From: Candidatus Hebobacterum abditum | Lineage (GTDB): Bacteria; Armatimonadota; Hebobacteria; Hebobacterales; Hebobacteraceae | Reading direction: 5' to 3' | Assembly: GCA_029821875.1 (NCBI GenBank) | Contig: JALGXW010000010.1 | Location: 3,859-67,858, forward strand | Length of the DNA stretch: 64,000 nt | In this document: in pieces, positions 1-8,853 of the stretch | Layout: each line of letters begins with the position of its first letter | Numbering within the stretch: position 1 is the first letter of the stretch | The notes under the pieces: generated by a model | Databases searched by the model: none | What the model was told of the DNA's origin: nothing | Seen by the model: the letters and a program-made list of their open reading frames with translations, nothing else | Translations under genes and position numbers: made by a program

Positions 1-1
1 C

Positions 2-97
2 GGCTCGTCCCTGCTGTTCTCGCTTGTCGGCATCGGACTGCTCTTGAACGTCTCGCGCAACAGAATCACCGAGAGCAAGGCCACGGCGGAGACATGA
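2..97 (+). CDS. C-terminal end of a SEDS-family (FtsW-like) membrane protein, partial (5' end outside window)
   Basis: The frame is open from the window start and ends at TGA 95-97, overlapping the murC ATG (ATGA). The tail ...GSSLLFSLVGIGLLLNVSRN resembles the SEDS C-terminal GGS-S/N-L...LL-N/Q motif also present in the intact SEDS gene at 36789. The position upstream of murC matches the dcw cluster. Confidence 0.35.
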   Translation, partial: GSSLLFSLVGIGLLLNVSRNRITESKATAET

Positions 98-1494
98 AGC
101 GACGTTTTCACATGATGGGTATCGGCGGCATCGGGATGAGTGCGCTCGCGCACATACTCCTGCACCGCGGCCATCAGGTCTCGGGCTGTGACCTCGAACA
201 GTCTGAGATCAGTGAGGGATTGGCCGCGCGGAGAGCGGAGGTCAACATCGGCCACGATCCGAGCCACGTAAGTGCCGCTGACTGCGTCGTTGTCTCAGAC
301 GCCGTTCGCCCCGACCACCCGGAGCTAGAGCGGGCCCGGGACCTCGGCCTGCCCGTGCAGAGACGGTCCGAGCTCCTGGCGGAGCTCATGGGCGACTCCC
401 AGGGCATCGCTGTCTCGGGAACGCACGGGAAGACGACCGTCACGGCCATGCTGGGACTGATACTCGCCGAGGCCGGCCTCGACCCGACCGTTGTCCTCGG
501 CGGGGAACTCGAGGAATTCGGCGGCAATGTGAGGGTAGGCGCTGGAGGCTGGTTCGTGGCGGAGGCCTGCGAGGCCTACGAATCGTTCCTGCATCTTCGG
601 CCTGAGATCGCCGTCGTTACGAACATCGAGCCGGACCACTTGGATCATCACAAGACCGAAGAGCATCTTCGCGGCAGCTTCGCGGAGTTCGTCAAGCAAG
701 TGTCGCCCGGAGGGTCCATCGTGCTGTGCGCCGACCGGCCCGAGCTGCGCGACCTGCCGCTGCCGCCGGGGCGTCAGGTCATCTGGTACGGCGAGAGCCC
801 CAACTCAGGAGTCCGGGGCAGTGACATCCGGCTGTCCGGCCGCACCGGCCGCTGCAAGGTGACGGTGGACGGCCGCGAAGCGGGATCGCTCTCCGTGAAC
901 GCGCCGGGCACGCACAACATCGTGAATGCCTTGGGCTCGGCTGCCGCCGCTCTCGCTGCCGGCGCATCTTTCTCCGCCTGCGAGCGGGCACTGCGCACAT
1001 TTCAGGGCGTCGGCCGTCGGTTCGAGGTCGTCGGGGAGGTCGGCGGGGTGACCATCGTGGACGACTACGCCCACCATCCAACGGAGATCTCGGCGACGGT
1101 AGCCGCCGCCCGAGCCGCGTTCCCAGGGCAACGAGTACTCGCTGTGTTCCAGCCTCACCTGTATTCGAGGACGAGAGACTTCGCCGTGCAGTTCGCTCAG
1201 GCGCTCAGCCGCGCCGACCTGTCGGTCCTCACAGAGATCTATCCCGCACGCGAGCAAGCGATACCGGGAATAACCTCCTCTCTCATCGCAGAGCATCTTC
1301 GAGAATTGTCAGGAGAGGACGCAGTGCTGGAGATGGCGAAGGGAAGGCTGACGACTGAGCTTCCGGCGCATGTCCGGCCGGGAGACGTTGTTCTCTCGAT
1401 GGGGGCCGGTGACATCGGGCGAGAGGCCCGCGCGCTGGCATACCGCCTCGGGGGGTCTCCCAGCCCAGACCAAGAGGTCGTCGCGAAGCAATGA
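94..1494 (+). CDS. murC: UDP-N-acetylmuramate--L-alanine ligase
   Basis: 466 aa. N-terminal MMGIGGIGMSALA Rossmann motif, GTHGKTT P-loop and the Mur ligase middle/C-terminal pattern. Followed by murB with an ATGA overlap. Confidence 0.9.
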   Translation: MKRRFHMMGIGGIGMSALAHILLHRGHQVSGCDLEQSEISEGLAARRAEVNIGHDPSHVSAADCVVVSDAVRPDHPELERARDLGLPVQRRSELLAELMGDSQGIAVSGTHGKTTVTAMLGLILAEAGLDPTVVLGGELEEFGGNVRVGAGGWFVAEACEAYESFLHLRPEIAVVTNIEPDHLDHHKTEEHLRGSFAEFVKQVSPGGSIVLCADRPELRDLPLPPGRQVIWYGESPNSGVRGSDIRLSGRTGRCKVTVDGREAGSLSVNAPGTHNIVNALGSAAAALAAGASFSACERALRTFQGVGRRFEVVGEVGGVTIVDDYAHHPTEISATVAAARAAFPGQRVLAVFQPHLYSRTRDFAVQFAQALSRADLSVLTEIYPAREQAIPGITSSLIAEHLRELSGEDAVLEMAKGRLTTELPAHVRPGDVVLSMGAGDIGREARALAYRLGGSPSPDQEVVAKQ

Positions 1495-2468
1495 ACACCG
1501 GACAGCAGACCTGTGTCGCAGCACCTGTCGTGGCAAAGGCGCGCCGCCAGACCGAACTGGCCGGAGCTGAGCTCGCCAAGCTTCTTCGCGGCCGCGTCCA
1601 CCTGGACGAGCCGATGGCGCGGCACACCACCTTCCGCATCGGGGGTCCCGCCGACATATTCGTCCAGCCTCACGACATGGAGGATCTCGCCGCCACGATA
1701 CGCTTCGCGCGCGACAAGGGGCTGCCGTGCAAGGTGATCGGCAACGGCAGCAATGTCCTCGTCGGTGACGCAGGAATCCGCGGCCTGGTCGTCCGACTCG
1801 CGCCCAAGTTCAGCGATGTCGAGTGGCTCGAGGACGGAGCCCTGGTCGGCGCTGGCGCTCGGCTGGCGAGACTCGTCAAGGAGGCCTGTGAAGTGGGGCT
1901 AAGTGGACTGGAGTCCGCCGTGGGGATTCCGGGGACACTGGGCGGAGCGCTCGCCACGAACGCGGGGACGGACACTGGTTCGATTGGCGACCTGGTCGCC
2001 CGGGCGACGGTGCTCGACCACGACGGCGAGCTCAGGGAATGGACGGCAGAGCAGTTCGCCTATCGGTATCGCTACAGCAACCTGCACTCTTCGCGGGCAA
2101 GCGTGATCTGTGCCCACCTGCGGCTCGAACCCGCTGCGAAGGAAGATGTGGTGGCGAAGGTCAACCGCCTCAAGGCTAAGCGCGCGGGCCGACAGCCATT
2201 GCGCGCTTGGTCAGCAGGCAGCGTCTTCAAGAACCCGCGCGCAGTTGCGGCCGGGAAGGTGCTGGACCGGGCCGGGGCAAAGGGCCACCGCATGGGCGCC
2301 GCCGAGGTGTCTCGTAAGCACGCCAACTTCCTCATCAACCGGGGGAGCGCCACGGCCGCGCAGATGCGCGAGTTGATCGCTTGGGCGCATGAACTCGCGC
2401 TGGGTCGCTACGGCATCGATCTCGAACTCGAAATCGAACTCGTCGGAGAGCACTGCAACCATGAGTAA
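1491..2468 (+). CDS. murB: UDP-N-acetylenolpyruvoylglucosamine reductase
   Basis: 325 aa. FAD-binding FRIGGPADIFVQP motif and the MurB C-terminal domain. Sits in dcw context between murC and ddl. Confidence 0.9.
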   Translation: MNTGQQTCVAAPVVAKARRQTELAGAELAKLLRGRVHLDEPMARHTTFRIGGPADIFVQPHDMEDLAATIRFARDKGLPCKVIGNGSNVLVGDAGIRGLVVRLAPKFSDVEWLEDGALVGAGARLARLVKEACEVGLSGLESAVGIPGTLGGALATNAGTDTGSIGDLVARATVLDHDGELREWTAEQFAYRYRYSNLHSSRASVICAHLRLEPAAKEDVVAKVNRLKAKRAGRQPLRAWSAGSVFKNPRAVAAGKVLDRAGAKGHRMGAAEVSRKHANFLINRGSATAAQMRELIAWAHELALGRYGIDLELEIELVGEHCNHE

Positions 2469-3477
2469 GCTCCACGTGACAGTGCTATTCGGGGGCAGCT
2501 CGGCCGAGCGCGAGGTGAGTCTCATGAGCGGCCGCAAGGTGATGAGTGCTCTCGATCCGGCGCGCTACGAAGCCAGAGGTGTCGATCTGGCTGCCATCAC
2601 GGGGGAGCGAGCGGCCGACCTGGCCAGCCTGCTCTTCTCTCCTGCGGCACCGGGCGACACACGGGGGTCGGCCCCCGCCGGCGCCGACGGTCGGCCGGAC
2701 GTCGTCTTCATCGCTCTGCACGGGGGCGCGGGGGAGAACGGGACCGTCCAGGGAATGCTGGACCTGCTGGCGGTGCGCTACACAGGTTCGGGCGTGCTGG
2801 CCAGCGCCCTGGCGATGAACAAGGTGATGGCGAAGAAGATCTTCGAACGGGAGGCAATCCCGACGCCTCAGTGGGTGGCGGTGGGCAAGTCTGAGGTCGA
2901 TGGCCAGGCGGCCCTCGACCAGGTAGGGCTCCCGTGTGTCGTCAAGCCGGCCTGCCAGGGCTCGACGATAGGGGTCACTGTAGTTGAGGAGGACCCGGAG
3001 CTGGCGTCCGCTCTCGAGACAGCATTCCAATACGGTTCCGAGGCCCTTGTTGAGGCCTTCGTGCCTGGGGTGGAGATCACCGGGCCCGTGGTCGGAAACG
3101 AGGACGCCCGAGTTCTTCCGCTGGTCGAGATCGTCCCGGCCGGCGGGTTCTATGACTACCATGCAAAATACACGCCTGGAGCCACCGAGGAGATAGTCCC
3201 CGCCCGCGTCTCTGATTCGACGGCGAAGCGAGCGCGCGAGCTCACTCTTCGGGCCCATCACGCATTGGGGTGTCGCGGCATTTCCAGAGTGGACATGATT
3301 GCCGCTGAAGACGAAGTGTATGTTCTGGAGGTCAACACCGTCCCCGGCCTTACTGAGACGAGCCTGGTTCCGCGCGCGGCCGAGGCCGAGGGCACCAGCT
3401 TCCCGGAGCTGGTCGACCGCCTGATTCGACTCGCATTGGAGGAAGGGCCGGGTGGCGGGCCTCGACGCACTTCATAG
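2461..3477 (+). CDS. ddl: D-alanine--D-alanine ligase
   Basis: The ATG at 2461 (MSKLHVTVLFGGSSAEREVSL) gives the canonical Ddl N-terminus. ATP-grasp motifs follow. The longer track ORF starting at 2389 overlaps murB and is rejected. It shares 8 nt with the murB stop. Confidence 0.85.
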   Translation: MSKLHVTVLFGGSSAEREVSLMSGRKVMSALDPARYEARGVDLAAITGERAADLASLLFSPAAPGDTRGSAPAGADGRPDVVFIALHGGAGENGTVQGMLDLLAVRYTGSGVLASALAMNKVMAKKIFEREAIPTPQWVAVGKSEVDGQAALDQVGLPCVVKPACQGSTIGVTVVEEDPELASALETAFQYGSEALVEAFVPGVEITGPVVGNEDARVLPLVEIVPAGGFYDYHAKYTPGATEEIVPARVSDSTAKRARELTLRAHHALGCRGISRVDMIAAEDEVYVLEVNTVPGLTETSLVPRAAEAEGTSFPELVDRLIRLALEEGPGGGPRRTS

Positions 3478-4246
3478 GCCGGGTCTCGGCGCAGTTGGCC
3501 CCGGCCCGAGCGACAGACCCCGGCGGCAGCTAGGCTTTGTGGCCGCGCTCACGTACGCGCTTCTCCTTGCCGAGGTGACGTACATCCTCCTTGCCTCCCC
3601 CCGGTTTGCCGTGCGCGAGGTGCTCATTCGCGGAGACGCCGACCTCGCGCGCGAAGTCGCAAGGACCGTGAGCCTGCCGCCGAACACGAACATGATCCGC
3701 GCACCGGTGGCGGAACTGAAGCGCCAAGCGGAGACCATCCCTGCAGTCAGTCAAGCTCGCGTGCGACGCGGCTTTCCCAACCGGGTTATCGTTGCAGTGG
3801 AGCGGCGCGAGCCTGTAGCCGTCATCAGGCGAGAGGATCGGACCCTCCTCGTGGATCGGGAAGGAATTGCCTTCGCTCTGCCGGACGAATGGGGCTGGGG
3901 CCTTCCGGAACTCGTCGCGCCTCACATCGAGTCCGGCGAGGTAGCCGGCGATGAGGCCGTGGGAGAGGTGGCACTGCTGCTGAGGGTCCTGCGCGCGCTC
4001 GGGAACGATCCCGACATCCGCGCAACTCGCCTGCAGCTCGCGGCGGACGAAACAGTGGATATCTTGCTCGACTCCGGCACGATGGTGAGCCTAGGTACCG
4101 AAGACCGGCTCGCGGCGAAGGTCAAGCTTCTGGCGGCCGCACTGGAGCAGATCGGCGCTGAACGCATCGCGCGGATCGACTTGGCCGGACCGGAGGCGGC
4201 CTTCTGGGAGCCCGTGGGCGGCCCGCCACCCACGGGCGCGAGGTGA
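3452..4246 (+). CDS. ftsQ: Cell division protein FtsQ/DivIB (POTRA domain)
   Basis: An N-terminal TM segment (ALTYALLLAEVTYILLA) is followed by a POTRA-like domain (VREVLIRGDADL...IPAVSQARVRRGFPNRVIVAVERREP). The start is uncertain: ATG 3452 overlaps ddl by 26 nt, and the alternative GTG is at 3539. Confidence 0.7.
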   Translation: MAGLDALHRPGLGAVGPGPSDRPRRQLGFVAALTYALLLAEVTYILLASPRFAVREVLIRGDADLAREVARTVSLPPNTNMIRAPVAELKRQAETIPAVSQARVRRGFPNRVIVAVERREPVAVIRREDRTLLVDREGIAFALPDEWGWGLPELVAPHIESGEVAGDEAVGEVALLLRVLRALGNDPDIRATRLQLAADETVDILLDSGTMVSLGTEDRLAAKVKLLAAALEQIGAERIARIDLAGPEAAFWEPVGGPPPTGAR

Positions 4247-4252
4247 GAGGAG

Positions 4253-4984
4253 ATGGGACTGGGACCGGGCGCACGGCGCTGGGTCATGCCTCTGACGGTC
4301 GTCTGCATAGTGCTCGGCGGCATGCTGGGCATTCAGGTTCGCAGCCAAGAGGAGCGAGGGGAAATGCGGGTGGGCCGGCAGACGAGCGCGCTCGTCGCGA
4401 TGCTCACCAGAAACCAGGCCCAACTCGAACAGCAGGGGGCCGAGATCGAGCGACTCAGGGCGCAGCTGGCTCAGTACGAGGAAGAGGCGGCCCGCGAGCG
4501 GGGCCTCGTCAGGGAACTGCAGGCCAGTCGTATCCTGCTGGGCACCGTTGCCGTCACGGGTCCAGGCATCGAGCTGGAGGTCGCCGATAGCACGATGAGA
4601 GCGAGCGCGGGAGCGGGTGGCGAGGACCTGTTCGTGGTTCATGACCTCCAGCTCCTCCAGATCACGAACGAGCTCTGGGCCGCGAGCGCGGAAGCCATCG
4701 CCCTGAACGGGCAGCGTCTGACAATGGGAAGCGCTATCATCTGCTCTGCGCGCTTGATCGAGGTGAACGGAGTGGCCATCGCCAGCCCGTTCGTCTTCCA
4801 TGCGGTCGGCGACAGGGACAAGCTGGTGTCAGCACTGAACATCCGCGGCGGCGTGCTGGACGGACTACGTCTGCTGGAGTTCCCCGTGAAGCTGACGCCC
4901 AAGGAAGAGATGACCATACCCCCAATCGCCGTGGCGCCGAAGCACACATACGCACAACCCGTCGAGAGGGAGACCAAGCAATGA
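4253..4984 (+). CDS. DUF881-family division-cluster protein (YlxW/YlxX-like), N-terminal TM plus coiled coil
   Basis: 243 aa with an N-terminal TM helix, a coiled-coil stretch and a C-terminal DUF881-like core (TGPGIELEV...LQITNELWAASAEAIALNG...). The SD GAGAGGAG precedes ATG 4253. Its position between ftsQ and ftsA matches Firmicutes/Actinobacteria-type dcw clusters. Confidence 0.65.
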   Translation: MGLGPGARRWVMPLTVVCIVLGGMLGIQVRSQEERGEMRVGRQTSALVAMLTRNQAQLEQQGAEIERLRAQLAQYEEEAARERGLVRELQASRILLGTVAVTGPGIELEVADSTMRASAGAGGEDLFVVHDLQLLQITNELWAASAEAIALNGQRLTMGSAIICSARLIEVNGVAIASPFVFHAVGDRDKLVSALNIRGGVLDGLRLLEFPVKLTPKEEMTIPPIAVAPKHTYAQPVERETKQ

Positions 4985-5355
4985 TAGCGATCCCGTTTGC
5001 CGCTCTCATCATCGGATTCCTGGCCGTCTACGTTCTGCTGCCGCCGGTCCCGCCGCGGTGGGCGGACTACGTAGCCATCGCCATCATCGCGGGCCTGGAC
5101 GCCTTCGTGGGCGCAGCGCGGAACTGGCTTGAGAGAAGCTTCGACGAGGCGATATTCATCAGTGGGTTCTTCGTGAACATGGCGCTCGCGGCCCTGCTCG
5201 CATTCTTCGGAGACAAGCTCGGCGTAGACCTGTACCTGGCAGTAGTAGTGGCATTGGGCATCCGGATCTTCAGTAACCTGGGGCGCACGCGAGCACTGCT
5301 GGTCAGCGCGCGTCTTGAGGCACGTCGGGCGCGAGTGCCCGCGCCCTCTGACTAG
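4981..5355 (+). CDS. Small basic membrane protein (Sbp/DUF1290-like)
   Basis: 124 aa with two to three TM helices and a basic C-terminus. ATGA overlap with the preceding gene. Same location as sbp of the Bacillus dcw cluster. Confidence 0.55.
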   Translation: MIAIPFAALIIGFLAVYVLLPPVPPRWADYVAIAIIAGLDAFVGAARNWLERSFDEAIFISGFFVNMALAALLAFFGDKLGVDLYLAVVVALGIRIFSNLGRTRALLVSARLEARRARVPAPSD

Positions 5356-5376
5356 AGTCGGACCGAGGCGAGCGAG

Positions 5377-6606
5377 ATGCCAGGCACCCAATCCCTTCTG
5401 GGACTCGACATCGGCACCACGAAGGTGGCCGCCGTGATCGGCACTCGGGGCCCAGAGGTCAGGATCCTCGGAGCGGCCTCGGTGCCATCCTCCGGGATTC
5501 GGCGCGGCACCGTGGTGGATGTCGCCGGCACTACCCGGGCAGTCCAGGAGGCCGTCACGAAGGCTCAGCGGATGGCCGGGGTAGAGCTCAACTCGGCCTG
5601 GGTGGGCGTCACAGGTCAGCACGTCTCGTGCCTCAACTCCCGCGGCGAGGTCCAGCTCGCCCGTGCCAACCGGGAGATCACCTGGAACGATGTCGAGCGC
5701 GTGATGGCCGCCTCTGTGAGCGTCGTGTCGATCCCGCCGGACCGGCAGATGATCCACGCAGTCTCGCGGGGCTTCATCGTCGATGACGAGCCCCGCGTCG
5801 CAAATCCGGTGGGGCTCTCCGCCAACCGCCTTGCCGTCGAGACGCATGTCGTAACTGCCTCGCGGAACTTGATCGACAACGTCGTGCGCTGCGTGGACCA
5901 GGCGGGCCTCGGCGTCGCCGAACTCGTGGCCGAGCCGCTTGCGACCGCGGACGCCGTGCTCTCCAAAGACGAGGAAGACCTGGGGGTTCTTCTCGTCGAC
6001 ATCGGGGGTGGGACAACCGACCTCGCCCTTTTCGCCGAGGGGAGCGTCGCCTACACTGGAGCCATTCCCGCCGCCGGCAGCAACGTGACCCACGATCTCG
6101 CAGTTGCGCTCGGCATAACGCATCCGCAGGCAGAGCAGATAAAGCTCGTGCACGGATGCGCTCAAGTGGACATGGTGCCGGACGAGCAGATGATCGCCAT
6201 CCCCCGGGATGAGGAAGATCGAAGCGTGAGCCGCCGCTTCATAGCTGAGGTCGTGCAGGCGCGAGTGCAGGAGATCTTCCGTCTCGTCGGGCAGGAGATG
6301 CAGAGACTGGGCACCGTCTGGCCCCCGCCGGGAGGCGCGGTTCTCACAGGCGGCGGGAGCCTGCTGACGGCGGTGAACGCCACGGCCCAGGAAGTGCTGG
6401 GGTGCCGAGTGCGTCTCGGAAGGCCTCGCGTGGCATCGGGCCCGGTGCATGTACTGGAGAGCCCGGCCCTCGCTACGGGTGTCGGGCTTGTGTACTACGC
6501 TCACCGCGAGTCCGAGGCAAGGCGGGCAGAGCCGAGCCCGAGCGTGCGTGTCATGCCCGTGCTCGCCCGTGTAATGACCTGGGTCAGGGACCTCTTCAGT
6601 TCGTAG
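5377..6606 (+). CDS. ftsA: Cell division protein FtsA (actin-like ATPase)
   Basis: 409 aa. LGLDIGTTKVAAVIG phosphate-1 motif, DIGGGTTD phosphate-2 motif, and the SHS2 insertion typical of FtsA. Confidence 0.9.
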   Translation: MPGTQSLLGLDIGTTKVAAVIGTRGPEVRILGAASVPSSGIRRGTVVDVAGTTRAVQEAVTKAQRMAGVELNSAWVGVTGQHVSCLNSRGEVQLARANREITWNDVERVMAASVSVVSIPPDRQMIHAVSRGFIVDDEPRVANPVGLSANRLAVETHVVTASRNLIDNVVRCVDQAGLGVAELVAEPLATADAVLSKDEEDLGVLLVDIGGGTTDLALFAEGSVAYTGAIPAAGSNVTHDLAVALGITHPQAEQIKLVHGCAQVDMVPDEQMIAIPRDEEDRSVSRRFIAEVVQARVQEIFRLVGQEMQRLGTVWPPPGGAVLTGGGSLLTAVNATAQEVLGCRVRLGRPRVASGPVHVLESPALATGVGLVYYAHRESEARRAEPSPSVRVMPVLARVMTWVRDLFSS

Positions 6607-6636
6607 CTCGGCCCTCCCGGAATCCGTCCCGAGACA

Positions 6637-7812
6637 ATGCATGCGTGTGAAACCTCAGGCCCAAGAGTGATCCTGACCGGCGGCGGCACCGGCGGGCATG
6701 TCTATCCGGCGCTTGCGGCCGGCGAAGCCATCCGGCAGATCGCGCCGAAGGCTCAGTTCCTCTACGTCGGCAGCGACCGCATGGAGGCAAGGACGGTTCC
6801 CCAGGCCGGTCTGTGCTTCCGCCAGATCTCGGTGCATGGCCTCGCCGGCCGGAGCCTGTCCCTCGGACGTCGCCTTCGCTCGATTGTCGAGCTGGGAACC
6901 GGCTTACCGCTCTTCCAGAGCGTCCGTATCCTGCGCGAATTTCGTCCTAACGTCGTCCTCGGCACGGGCGGCTACGTGTCCGGGCCTGTGCTGCTGGCCG
7001 CTCGCATTCTCGGCATCCCGTGTGCCGCGCTGGACGGGAATCGTGTGCCGGGTCATACCAGTCGGATCGTCGCCAGACTCGTGGACCTGGTGGGTGTCGC
7101 TCATCGCGAACTGGCCGAGTACTTTTCCCCTCGCGTGCGCCGCGGTGCGAGAGTCGAGGTGACGGGACTGCCCGTCCGGCCGGAGATCACAGCGGCCTCC
7201 CGGGAAAGCGGAGCGGCCGCTCTCGGACTCGACCCATCACGCCCTACCGTGCTCGCTCTCGGAGGCAGCCTCGGATCCGAGCGTATCAACCGCGCCGTCA
7301 CCGGCGCGCTGGAACTGCTCGCCGCTACAGACGCCCTCCGCGAACTGCAGTTGCTCCACGTAACGGGAGAACGCTTCGCGGTGCCTGCATCCGAGGGTGA
7401 GTTGCCTGGGGGCCGCTACAGGGCGGTCCCATACCTCGGGGCAGACTACGCCCAGGCCCTGGCCGCGGCCGATCTGGTCGTCTCGCGGGCCGGGGCCGGC
7501 ACGCTGGCAGAGATCGCCGCGCGCGGCCTTCCGGCGATTCTCATTCCGTGGGCAAAGGCGGCAACAGGAGAGCAGGTTCAGAATGCACAGGCCCTGGCGC
7601 GAGCCGGCGCCGCGATTGTGATCCTCGACCGCGACCTCACCCCGGAGCGGCTCGCAGCTGCCTTGTCCTCGAGCCTTGGGCGTCGCGCCGAACTCGATCG
7701 AATGGCGGCGGCGAGCAGGGACCTCGGATGCCCTGGCGCGGCACAGCGAGTGGCGGAGCTAGTGCTGGAGCTTGCCTCGCGGCCGAAGAAGGCCGGCCGC
7801 GGCGAGGGCTAG
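6637..7812 (+). CDS. murG: UDP-N-acetylglucosamine--N-acetylmuramyl-(pentapeptide) pyrophosphoryl-undecaprenol GlcNAc transferase
   Basis: 391 aa. GGGTGGHVYPALA N-terminal motif, GGSLGS and AGAGTLAEIAARGLPAILIP ... EQVQNA C-terminal GT-B motifs. Confidence 0.85.
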   Translation: MHACETSGPRVILTGGGTGGHVYPALAAGEAIRQIAPKAQFLYVGSDRMEARTVPQAGLCFRQISVHGLAGRSLSLGRRLRSIVELGTGLPLFQSVRILREFRPNVVLGTGGYVSGPVLLAARILGIPCAALDGNRVPGHTSRIVARLVDLVGVAHRELAEYFSPRVRRGARVEVTGLPVRPEITAASRESGAAALGLDPSRPTVLALGGSLGSERINRAVTGALELLAATDALRELQLLHVTGERFAVPASEGELPGGRYRAVPYLGADYAQALAAADLVVSRAGAGTLAEIAARGLPAILIPWAKAATGEQVQNAQALARAGAAIVILDRDLTPERLAAALSSSLGRRAELDRMAAASRDLGCPGAAQRVAELVLELASRPKKAGRGEG

Positions 7813-8342
7813 CCCAACGACCGCAGATCAGCGTACGGAGCCAGATAGGGCCGCCACGCGGGGTTGGCGGCCGCCGCCAGGAACTTCGTGTAGCTGATAT
7901 ACGGGAGGAACTTCGGCCGGAAGGGCTTGCGCTGGATCTGCATGCCCGCCTCCTCCGGCATTCGGTTGCCCTTCTTGTTGTTGCACTTCGTGCAGCAGCA
8001 GACCAGGTTCGTCCAGTCCTCGCCGCCGCCGCGCTCCTTGGGGACGACGTGGTCGATGGTGAGCGGCACATTGCGGCGTCCGCAGTATTGGCAGGCGTGC
8101 TTGTCGCGGGCGAAGATGCTCTTGCGGGACACGCGCAGCACCGGCATCGGCCTGCGCACGTGGTGGTTGAGCCGAACCACGGTCGGGAGCTCGATCGCCA
8201 GGTGCTCGGAATGGAAGACCTTGGAGTCGGTCTCAACCGCGTGCGCCTTGCCGACGCAGAGCATCCCCAGCGCGCGGCGCGCGTTGGTGACGTTCAGCGG
8301 CTGGTAGTTGTTGTTCAGAACCAGTACGCCGTCGCTGTTCAC
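7809..8342 (-). CDS. HNH endonuclease family protein
   Basis: 177 aa. CQYCGRR ... HVVPKERGG ... W.NLV.CC.KCNNKKG is the HNH/zinc-finger nuclease core. GTG start. Convergent with murG, with a 4-nt overlap. Confidence 0.8.
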   Translation of the reverse strand: MNSDGVLVLNNNYQPLNVTNARRALGMLCVGKAHAVETDSKVFHSEHLAIELPTVVRLNHHVRRPMPVLRVSRKSIFARDKHACQYCGRRNVPLTIDHVVPKERGGGEDWTNLVCCCTKCNNKKGNRMPEEAGMQIQRKPFRPKFLPYISYTKFLAAAANPAWRPYLAPYADLRSLG

Positions 8343-8755
8343 GCTCGTACTTCCTCGTCACATCCCGACCCGGTCGACGGGGACCTCCGAGAGATGATCT
8401 ACTCCCCCGGGGCCGTCCATCTCTTGGCGCCGAGGAGGCCCTGTCTCAAGGGCCTCAACCTCATGCCTCTCAGCTTCGATGCTAATAGAAGAGGCAGAGG
8501 CTTGTCAAGAGCGCACGGGCCCGGAGGGCTCGAATGGACTGCCTGGCCGCGGATGCCCATGGCGTGCCCCAGAGGGGCCGGCTGCCTTGACTAGCTCCTC
8601 CTCACAAAGGGGGCGCCTTGCGACTGAGTTCGCCGGAACTGGATTTGAGCGGAACTCCTCCCCCATGATCGCAGTCTAATGGAGAGAGGGCTCACGGCGG
8701 GCCTCGCCGATTCGTGCCGACGGCGCAGGTGGCTGTGAGCGACGGGTGATGCAGG

Positions 8756-8784
8756 TTGAATCGCGCCGGCATTTGCACTATAAT
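8756..8784 (+). promoter_or_regulatory. Near-consensus sigma70-type promoter (TTGAAT - 17 nt - TATAAT)
   Basis: The -35 TTGAAT is at 8756-8761 and the -10 TATAAT at 8779-8784, with exactly 17 nt between them. It lies about 70 nt upstream of the ATG at 8854, which has the SD AAGAGGAG. Confidence 0.45.
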
Positions 8785-8853
8785 GGCGCCTGCGCCTAGT
8801 TCTTAGTGCGGACGAAGGCGTGCACGACCTTCCACCCAAGAGGAGCGGAGAGC

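Noticed and set aside
4639-6642. 667-aa minus-strand ORF overlapping ftsA and neighbours. Similar long antisense ORFs occur elsewhere (for example 15255..16352 opposite aroC, 37158..38153 opposite the SEDS gene, 28640..30369-type frames)
   Set aside because: These are typical stop-codon-poor antisense frames of GC-rich DNA. The sense strands encode strongly recognisable conserved proteins. The antisense translations are Arg/Pro/Gly-rich with no motifs.
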